Both the position numbers and the translations under genes were made by a program. Positions 17,389 to 23,159 of a DNA stretch of 23,159 nucleotides are shown one piece after another (the stretch's first letter is position 1; every line of letters starts with the position of its first letter). Source of the stretch: an archaeon (lineage in GTDB: Archaea > SpSt-1190 > DYHY01); assembly GCA_043803745.1 (NCBI GenBank), contig JAZDJS010000010.1:1-23159 (forward strand), given 5' to 3'. The notes below the pieces were generated by a model. That model saw only the letters and a program-made list of their open reading frames with translations, ran no database searches and had not been told where the DNA came from.

Positions 17389-17844
17389 TCAATCCGTGCT
17401 TTCCAGAACGGCTGATTTCTTGCGCCAATCCGAAAGTTCCCTTGCCCGCTTGAACTTCCTGATGCTTTTGTAAAAGGCGATTTCAGTGCCGATGGTTCTC
17501 ACGGGGATTTCCCTTTTTCCGAGAGGAATGCGTTCAAGAACGCCGAAATCCGCTACAGGGAGTTCGCAGACAATGTCGACCTGAACGTCCCCAATTCCAA
17601 GAACGAATTTTTCGCAGGCGGCCCGGTTCCCCCTCTTCGGAAGGATTGTCCGGGTTGATTCAGGGAAAAGCCGCGCGATTTTTCCAGCGGATTCAATCCC
17701 GCAGAGTATGTCAATATCAACCGGATGGATCGGGTAATTGCGGATTGCAAGGGCGCTCCCGCCAAAGAGACTCCACTTGACCCGGGTCCTGTCGAGCTTC
17801 CGCGCAAGGAAGAGCAACGCTGCCGTGAATTTTTCGTCAAGCAT
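17389..17844 (-). CDS. Pol-beta-superfamily nucleotidyltransferase-like protein
   Basis: hGG(S)xA...DxD motif (WSLFGGSALAI...PVDIDIL) and a third acidic strand (VQVDIV). Confidence 0.75.
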   Translation of the reverse strand: MLDEKFTAALLFLARKLDRTRVKWSLFGGSALAIRNYPIHPVDIDILCGIESAGKIARLFPESTRTILPKRGNRAACEKFVLGIGDVQVDIVCELPVADFGVLERIPLGKREIPVRTIGTEIAFYKSIRKFKRARELSDWRKKSAVLESTD

Positions 17845-17867
17845 CCTATTTGCGCACCAATAACAGA

Positions 17868-17873
17868 TTTAAA
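17868..17873. promoter_or_regulatory. Palindromic TTTAAA TATA core between the nucleotidyltransferase gene and tRNA-Leu
   Basis: 23 nt from ATG 17844 (minus) and 24 nt from tRNA start 17898 (plus). Confidence 0.6.
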
Positions 17874-17897
17874 CCCTTGCCACGATATCATCGGAGC

Positions 17898-18019
17898 GCC
17901 GGGGTGGCGGAGTGGTCAAACCAGACTCTGCCTAATCCGCAGGTCAGGGACCTAACGCGCCAGACTCAAGATCTGGTCCCCTAGAGGGTTCGCTGGTTCA
18001 AATCCGGCCTCCGGCACCA
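17898..18019 (+). tRNA. tRNA-Leu(CAA) with 35-nt non-canonical D-loop intron (17920-17954, position 21/22); CCA encoded
   Basis: Acceptor GCCGGGG/CTCCGGC+A+CCA, anticodon arm CCAGA-CTCAAGA-TCTGG, long variable arm, T arm GCTGG-TTCAAAT-CCGGC. GGTC/GACC helix with AAA and TAA bulges; removing the intron restores GGTCAAACGC. Confidence 0.93.
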
Positions 18020-18029
18020 GAGCACCCCA

Positions 18030-18102
18030 TTCTTTTTGGAAAAGTCCAGCACCACGAGCTGGATGCTCTGAGGAGCAAAAAGCTCCTCGGAACCAAAAAG
18101 AA
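18030..18102. repeat. 73-bp element with 10-bp terminal inverted repeats and two internal hairpins
   Basis: TTCTTTTTGG (18030-18039) / CCAAAAAGAA (18093-18102); TCCAGC/GCTGGA; GAGGAGC/GCTCCTC. Confidence 0.75.
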
Positions 18103-18170
18103 ACCGCCCTTTTCGCTGCCTAGCAACGAAAAACCGGAATGGATTTAAATTTCAAACAAGTTCTCCCGAG

Positions 18171-19706
18171 ATGCCCGCGCCCAAAAATCCCCAAAAAGGA
18201 AAAAACGCCCCGCAGAAAAAAGGTTCAATCCTTGCACAAGGGGTGTTCGGGCTGGCACTGTCAATTCTAATCTGCCTTGCCGCAGGACTCATCGGAGGAA
18301 TCTTCACAGCATCTTCGGTAGGAAGCTGGTACATTTCCCTGAACAAGCCAGATTTTACCCCGCCAAGCTGGGTTTTCGGGCCCGTCTGGACAATCCTTTA
18401 CGTCCTTATGGGAATATCCCTGCATTTGGCAATCAAAAGGGGCGCGAACAAAAAGGCGCTACTTATTTTCTGCGTTCAGCTAATCCTCAACATTCTCTGG
18501 TCATTCTGCTTCTTCGGCCTCCGGAGCCCGGCGCTTGCGCTCTTCTGCATATTCCTCCTTTGGCTAGCCATTCTCTTCAGCATCCTGGAATTCCGCAAGT
18601 TTTCAAGAATTGCTGCATATCTTCTGATTCCGTATATAGTCTGGGTGAGTTTCGCCGGAGCCTTGAACTTTGCAATAGTCCAGATGCCCACCCCTTCGGG
18701 AACCGCGATTGCGACAACCACGACAATTCCAGCTGGCCCGGAAATGGCAAAAACAACAAACCCGACTTCCTCAATCCAATCAACAATCTCAAATGTCCCT
18801 TACGACCCGACACAATATGTCTGGGTCGCGAACCTTGGAACGAACGCAATCACCAAGCTATATGCTTCAAACGGCTCCAAGGCATTCTCCCGTTTTTTCG
18901 GGCTTGGTCTTGAGGCAATTGCGGTCGACGCCTCCGGCAACGTCTGGATACCTAGCCGTGCGGAGAATAGAATAATCAAACTAAACGGCGAAACAGGCGC
19001 AACAATCGGAACATATCCAGTCGGTCAGAGGCCGGAAGGGGTTGCGGTCGACGCCTCCGGCAACGTCTGGGTTACTAATCTTGAAAGCAACACAGTCACG
19101 AAGCTCAACGGCGAAACAGGCGCAACAATCGGAACATATCCCGTAGGTAGCGAACCTTTCGGCATTGCAATAGATTCCTCCGGAAACGTATGGGTAGCGA
19201 GTTCCGGCAGCGACACAGTCACGAAGCTCAACGGCGCCACGGGAGAAAATATTAGCGAGTATTGGGTTGGCGGGGATCCTGCATGCATAGCAATAAGCCC
19301 TTCGGGCGATGTCTGGGTGACCGCTTCCGCGAGCGCTTCTGTAACCAAGCTCAGTTCCTCAGGGGTCCCGGTAGCTTCTTACCCAACCGGATATAGTCCA
19401 ATAGGCATTGCAATAGATTCCTTAGGCAACGTCTGGGTCGCGAGTTCCGGCAGCGACACGGTAACGAAACTCAACGGGGAAACCGGCGGGGAAATAGGAA
19501 CCTATTCCGTAGGCACAAGCCCCCTCGGCATATCGGTTGACTTTTCCGGGAATATCTGGGTCGCGAACCGCGGAGGAGACACGGTAACGAAACTCAACGG
19601 GGAAACCGGCGAGAAACTTGGCGACTATTCGGTGGGAGATGGGCCTTCCGGCATAGGCGACATGACGGGATTCGTCCTGCGCCATTTCGTCCTGAAGAAC
19701 GATTAA
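18171..19706 (+). CDS. TspO/MBR membrane domain fused via a Thr/Pro/Ser linker to a 7-bladed NHL/Vgb-like beta-propeller
   Basis: TspO motifs WY..LNKP.FTPP.WVFGPVWT.LY.LMG, QLILN..WS..FFG, LLIPY..WVSFA..LN; then seven ~41-aa repeats (P.GIAVD.SGNVWV....TVTKLNG.TG..IG.Y.VG). Confidence 0.9.
   Translation: MPAPKNPQKGKNAPQKKGSILAQGVFGLALSILICLAAGLIGGIFTASSVGSWYISLNKPDFTPPSWVFGPVWTILYVLMGISLHLAIKRGANKKALLIFCVQLILNILWSFCFFGLRSPALALFCIFLLWLAILFSILEFRKFSRIAAYLLIPYIVWVSFAGALNFAIVQMPTPSGTAIATTTTIPAGPEMAKTTNPTSSIQSTISNVPYDPTQYVWVANLGTNAITKLYASNGSKAFSRFFGLGLEAIAVDASGNVWIPSRAENRIIKLNGETGATIGTYPVGQRPEGVAVDASGNVWVTNLESNTVTKLNGETGATIGTYPVGSEPFGIAIDSSGNVWVASSGSDTVTKLNGATGENISEYWVGGDPACIAISPSGDVWVTASASASVTKLSSSGVPVASYPTGYSPIGIAIDSLGNVWVASSGSDTVTKLNGETGGEIGTYSVGTSPLGISVDFSGNIWVANRGGDTVTKLNGETGEKLGDYSVGDGPSGIGDMTGFVLRHFVLKND
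18919..19640 (+). repeat. ~123-bp intragenic repeats encoding propeller blades
   Basis: For example TTGCGGTCGACGCCTCCGGCAACGTCTGG at 18919 and 19042; further identical blocks occur between later blades. Confidence 0.9.
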
Positions 19707-19781
19707 GCTTTGCTTGGGAAACTCACCACACGCAATGGGCGCCCAAAACATATTTAGGCGCGCCCCGCGCCAGCCGGAAAG

Positions 19782-20756
19782 ATGCGAAAGGACCTATTGG
19801 AACGGCTCCCTCTTGTCTGCCCCGGGTGCCGCAGGCCTGGAAAGGTAGCCAGGCCCAATATCCGGCTAGCATCAATTACCAAGAGTTCGGGGAAGTTCAT
19901 AATCAAGGGAAAACTCAAATGCACTGATTGTGGCAGGAAATATGAGATAAACGGCGGCGTCGTTTGCATTATTGACCGGAAACGGGCGTCAAGGTTTGTA
20001 TCGAAGGAAACGGTCAGCTCATATCTCCACGCAAGCTACGGATTTTACCCAAGAAGGGGGAAGATAGCGGCTTTCGGGGGCAACGAAGAGCTATGGGGAA
20101 AACTGCGCAAGGAATTCGGGGCGGAAAGCGAAAATCTCCCTTCAATTGACCTTGGCTGCGGAATGGGCCGCTCGACGTTCGAGCTTGCCAAAAAAAGCAG
20201 CGTGGCAGTTGGTCTTGATGCGGATTTCCAGGCGCTCTTGCTTGCAGCCAAGTTCTCAAGGACGGGGAAAATCGAATATGACTTGAAGATCAGAGGACTT
20301 GCCAAGATTCCGGTGAAATCCGGATTCCTGCCGAGCAACGATGCGGCATTCGTTCTTGCGGATGCCCGCGCCCCGCCATTTCCGAAAGAATCTTTCAGAA
20401 TTGTCTGCGCATGCAACTTAATTGACAGCATTGGCAGCCCTTCAGAACTCCTAAGAAAGATGGATTCTCTCCTGATTCCGGGAGGGACGCTAGTTGTCGC
20501 AAGCCCATTCTCCTGGCGCGAGGAAGTCACGGCAAGAAAGCAATGGCTTGAAACCAAGGAACTTGAGGGAATAGACTATCTCTCAAAAGTCCTGAGGGGC
20601 AGGCTCCTTCCGGGACTGGGCCTCCGTTATTCAATAACCGGGAAAGAAAGGGGGATTGAATGGAGCTTCTGGACCGGAAGGATGCACGTTAACACATTCT
20701 TCACAGACATCCTGTCCGCAAGAAAAAGCATGCGGCGCTTTTCCTCCCCTCCCTGA
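19782..20756 (+). CDS. Class I SAM-dependent methyltransferase with N-terminal Trm112-like Zn ribbon
   Basis: LVCPGC...LKCTDCGRKYEI.GGV; IDLGCGMGRSTFELA, VGLD, LADA, NLIDS, PGGTLVVASPFSW. Confidence 0.85.
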   Translation: MRKDLLERLPLVCPGCRRPGKVARPNIRLASITKSSGKFIIKGKLKCTDCGRKYEINGGVVCIIDRKRASRFVSKETVSSYLHASYGFYPRRGKIAAFGGNEELWGKLRKEFGAESENLPSIDLGCGMGRSTFELAKKSSVAVGLDADFQALLLAAKFSRTGKIEYDLKIRGLAKIPVKSGFLPSNDAAFVLADARAPPFPKESFRIVCACNLIDSIGSPSELLRKMDSLLIPGGTLVVASPFSWREEVTARKQWLETKELEGIDYLSKVLRGRLLPGLGLRYSITGKERGIEWSFWTGRMHVNTFFTDILSARKSMRRFSSPP

Positions 20757-20820
20757 GCAAATTAAATTTTCCCAAGAGAGACCCGACAAAGTTTTATACT
20801 TGAAAATACCGCCTTTGGGA

Positions 20821-21435
20821 ATGGCATTCGAACCAACGGTGCTCCCCACAGGGGCGGAAATGGCAACATTACTTGCTGCTTTGGGAATATTTACGGTATT
20901 CATAATAATCTTGGCGCTTGCGGGATATATCTACGGAAGCATAACCCTTATGACCGTTGCCAGGAAGACGAAAACGCCGAGGCCCTGGCTTGCCTGGATT
21001 CCCTACGGAAACCTCTATCTGACGTCCCAAATAGCGAAAATGTCCGGAGTTCCAGCATTTGTTTTTGCTGGGGGCAATCTGTTGCTTGCAGGCGGAGCCA
21101 CACTTGCCTTTTTTTCGCTCCTTAACGGGCTCGCTAACCCGAACGTTCTTCTTCTTATCGGCGGAGGGTTTGCGATTCTTGCCGGAATAATCCTCTCCTT
21201 GATTGGCACGGTTTTCATGTACATCTGGATGTGGAAGATTTGCGTTATCCGTGGAAGGCCCGGCTGGTGGGCGCTTGTCCCCCTCGCAGCGCTTCCCGCA
21301 ATGGTCCTTAGCGCGCTGCCAATCATAGGAAACCTGCTCGCAAATCTTGTGAATTTCGTCGCATCAATCTGGACGTTTGTGATGTGGGGCATTCTTGCCT
21401 GGGCGGACGTTCCGGGAACGAAAGGGAGAAAATAG
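20821..21435 (+). CDS. Multi-pass membrane protein (W.AWIP..N motif, DUF5684-like)
   Basis: TATA at 20792-20798, ATG 20821; hydrophobic segments; ARKTKTPRPWLAWIPYGNLY and WKI....GRPGWWAL half-repeats. Confidence 0.7.
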   Translation: MAFEPTVLPTGAEMATLLAALGIFTVFIIILALAGYIYGSITLMTVARKTKTPRPWLAWIPYGNLYLTSQIAKMSGVPAFVFAGGNLLLAGGATLAFFSLLNGLANPNVLLLIGGGFAILAGIILSLIGTVFMYIWMWKICVIRGRPGWWALVPLAALPAMVLSALPIIGNLLANLVNFVASIWTFVMWGILAWADVPGTKGRK

Positions 21436-21452
21436 CGGGCGGATTCGAGAAA

Positions 21453-21653
21453 TCACTTCTTTTTCACTCGGTAGAAATTCGCAACAGGCTCCTCAATAAG
21501 ACGCTCAAGTTCCATCCGGAAGAGCAGGTTCTTCAGCTCGACCGGAGGAGCCCCCGAAATCAGGAAAAGCTCGGAGAAGGGAAGACCCTTCAACCCGCCA
21601 AGGCTTGTCAATATCAGCCGCCGGAGGCTTTTCTCACGTATTTCCGAAAACAC
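21453..21653 (-). CDS. Small putative winged-helix protein
   Basis: Helix-helix-helix-hairpin pattern (IL..L...GLPFSEL.......ELKNLL..MELE.LIEEP...FYRV). In-frame GTG at 21653 fits the AT-rich element at 21672-21680 better than TTG 21668. Confidence 0.55.
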   Translation of the reverse strand: MFSEIREKSLRRLILTSLGGLKGLPFSELFLISGAPPVELKNLLFRMELERLIEEPVANFYRVKKK

Positions 21654-21701
21654 AGGGATTTTCCGCAACCCTTTTTAATTAGATTTCCCCCAATTCGTTC
21701 A

Positions 21702-21926
21702 ATGAAGCAGAAAAAACAAGGGACGGCTCCCGAGTCCCGGACCGACAACATTTCAGGGATACTCGTCGTTGTCCTGTCGCTCCTCGCGCTTTTCCTCTTT
21801 CTATTCGGGGTATTCTCAAGGGAATACCGGCTTCTCGCAGTGACCATTCCGGTCACGGTCTTCACGGCCGGGTTCCTTGGGCTCGTTTCCGTCCTCGCCT
21901 GGGAATATTCCAAAAGGCAGCTCTGA
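21702..21926 (+). CDS. Small 2-TM membrane protein (74 aa)
   Basis: ATG 23 nt after TTTTTAA; basic N-terminus and two hydrophobic segments. Confidence 0.6.
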   Translation: MKQKKQGTAPESRTDNISGILVVVLSLLALFLFLFGVFSREYRLLAVTIPVTVFTAGFLGLVSVLAWEYSKRQL

Positions 21927-22950
21927 GGAAATTTCCGGAAATTGTCTGGTATGCTTCGCAAGGAGTCCAGCAATTAGGGCAGTCAAGCTTTTCGGCTGCC
22001 TTGGCGGTCTCTTTCGCGAACTCGGAGTTCCAAAGGGAGGAAATCCTCGGATCCTTCCGAATGTTCCCGAGCTTCCGATCCCAGATTGTGCACGGGTAAA
22101 GCGTGCCCTGCGGATCGAGGAAAAGGGATGCCGAGCAGGCTTTGCAGGGGAGGGGACTCTTTCCAGTTCTCAGATATTCCACCGAGCCCTCAAGGTATTT
22201 CCGTTCCAGGAAGCCTAGGGGATCCAGAAGGGAAAACCTGCGTTTTTCGAGGATTTCCCCGATTGCCCGTTCGGTCTTTTTCTTCCAGGATCCGGGGATT
22301 CTCCGGTTCATGTAAAAGTGGGGGGAATAGTGGAAAACGTTCGCATGTATCCTGTCGTAGGAAATCTCGGGGAAACGAGAATTCAGCTCGGAGAAAAGCG
22401 GCTCGAACTGGTCCGAGTTCAGGAAAGAGAGAGTGAATCCGAAGAAAATTCGGAAATTTTCGTTCTGCAAGCCTCTCAGCGACGAGTAAATGCCGCAAAG
22501 CTTCTCGAAATTTCCGGGAACCCCCCTGATTCGGTCGTGCACGGGTCCGGGCCCGTCACAGCTAAGGGTCAGTATTAGCCTCGGAATCCGGAGCCTGAGG
22601 ATTCTTTTTGTCTCCTTCACGACCCGCCCAGGCAGGAGACCGTTCGTGGTTATCGTCACGACTGACAGCGGATTTGTCCGGGACATCGCCTTGCAAATGC
22701 CGAACAGGTCTTTCCTCAGGAAGGGTTCCCCCCCGGTTATTGCCACCCACCTGAAACCGCGATTCTCAGAGAAGAATTTTTCCATTTCCCGGAGGGAAAG
22801 CTCATCCTTGCTCTTCCTTCTCCATATCGAGCAGGTTGCGCAGCGGGAATTGCACCGGTAGGTAACGGCAAAAGTGAGCTTGAACGGGAACGGGGGCCTT
22901 TGGAAGTTGGATTTCAGGGCTTCGGCGCCAAGGGACAGCAGGCCTTTCAC
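21862..22950 (-). CDS. Radical SAM protein with SPASM/twitch domain
   Basis: CNSRCATC (CxxxCxxC), TGGEPF, TTNG, SCDG...HDRIRG, C..C...LDPQG.LYPC...GNI...C..CWTPC. GTG start 21 nt from TATA; the longer ORF would run through tRNA-His. Confidence 0.9.
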   Translation of the reverse strand: MKGLLSLGAEALKSNFQRPPFPFKLTFAVTYRCNSRCATCSIWRRKSKDELSLREMEKFFSENRGFRWVAITGGEPFLRKDLFGICKAMSRTNPLSVVTITTNGLLPGRVVKETKRILRLRIPRLILTLSCDGPGPVHDRIRGVPGNFEKLCGIYSSLRGLQNENFRIFFGFTLSFLNSDQFEPLFSELNSRFPEISYDRIHANVFHYSPHFYMNRRIPGSWKKKTERAIGEILEKRRFSLLDPLGFLERKYLEGSVEYLRTGKSPLPCKACSASLFLDPQGTLYPCTIWDRKLGNIRKDPRISSLWNSEFAKETAKAAEKLDCPNCWTPCEAYQTISGNFLRAAFWNIPRRGRKRAQGTRP

Positions 22951-22971
22951 AGGGGCGGAATAACTCCAATA

Positions 22972-22979
22972 TTTATAAA
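22972..22979. promoter_or_regulatory. Palindromic TTTATAAA shared by the radical SAM gene and tRNA-His
   Basis: Perfect palindrome, 21 nt from GTG 22950 and 29 nt from the tRNA G-1. Confidence 0.65.
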
Positions 22980-23008
22980 CGTCTTTGTCAGCCATGACGC
23001 ACATCATT

Positions 23009-23083
23009 GGCCCGGGTAAGTCAGTGGCAGACTGGGGGACTGTGGATCCCCAAACGTGGGTTCGATTCCCACTCTGGGCCCCA
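23009..23083 (+). tRNA. tRNA-His(GTG), G-1 and CCA encoded
   Basis: G+GCCCGGG/TCTGGGC+C+CCA, D stem AGTC/GACT, anticodon arm GGGGA-CTGTGGA-TCCCC, T arm GTGGG-TTCGATT-CCCAC. Confidence 0.96.
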
Positions 23084-23126
23084 TCTTTCCCAAATTTCCC
23101 GTGAACGGATTTGCCACCAGGCAAAG

Positions 23127-23159
23127 GGGTTCTTCCGATTCCCACTCTGGGACCCATCT
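23127..23159 (+). repeat. Degenerate duplicate of the tRNA-His 3' end (att-like)
   Basis: 23063-23086 CGATTCCCACTCTGGGCCCCATCT versus 23136-23159 CGATTCCCACTCTGGGACCCATCT (23/24 identical), preceded by GGGTT. Confidence 0.9.

Noticed and set aside
17725-17955. Small ORF overlapping tRNA-Leu
   Set aside because: Overlaps the tRNA and the antisense nucleotidyltransferase gene.
18919-19640. Periodic repeats as a CRISPR array or DGR template/variable pair
   Set aside because: The period is an in-frame 41 codons inside a gene, differences are not adenine-specific, and no cas or reverse transcriptase gene is present.
20656-20820. N-terminal extension of the membrane protein ORF
   Set aside because: Overlaps the methyltransferase and spans the TATA box; ATG 20821 preferred.
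21384-21701. N-terminal part of the 180-aa ORF 21384..21926
   Set aside because: Overlaps the upstream gene and the minus-strand winged-helix ORF; ATG 21702 fits the TATA box.
22951-23157. N-terminal extension of the radical SAM ORF given in the track
   Set aside because: It crosses tRNA-His on the opposite strand; TATA spacing supports GTG 22950.

Overview
Archaeal chromosomal segment, probably from a DPANN-type lineage (inferred from archaeal uL15/SecY/DUF106/Cbf5, TATA-driven apparently leaderless genes, BHB-type tRNA introns including a non-canonical one, and tight gene packing). It carries a truncated dipeptide epimerase, a reduced rpl15-secY-DUF106...cbf5 cluster interrupted by a HAD hydrolase, cysS, two tandem orphan paralogues, an ADP-forming acyl-CoA synthetase alpha subunit and two head-to-head P2-type ATPases. 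There are three tRNA genes: Trp with a 148-nt structured intron holding a box C/D-like guide, Leu(CAA) with a D-loop intron, and His with encoded G-1. An accessory block between tRNA-Leu and tRNA-His encodes a TspO/beta-propeller fusion, a Zn-ribbon/OvoA-C-like methyltransferase, small membrane proteins and a radical SAM enzyme. The most notable signals are: degenerate copies of the tRNA 3' ends just downstream of the tRNA genes (clear for Trp and His, with T-loop insertions; weak for Leu), the rearranged guide intron, the TspO-propeller fusion, and single TATA boxes shared by divergent tRNA/protein pairs. All calls come from reading motifs by eye; no database search was run.
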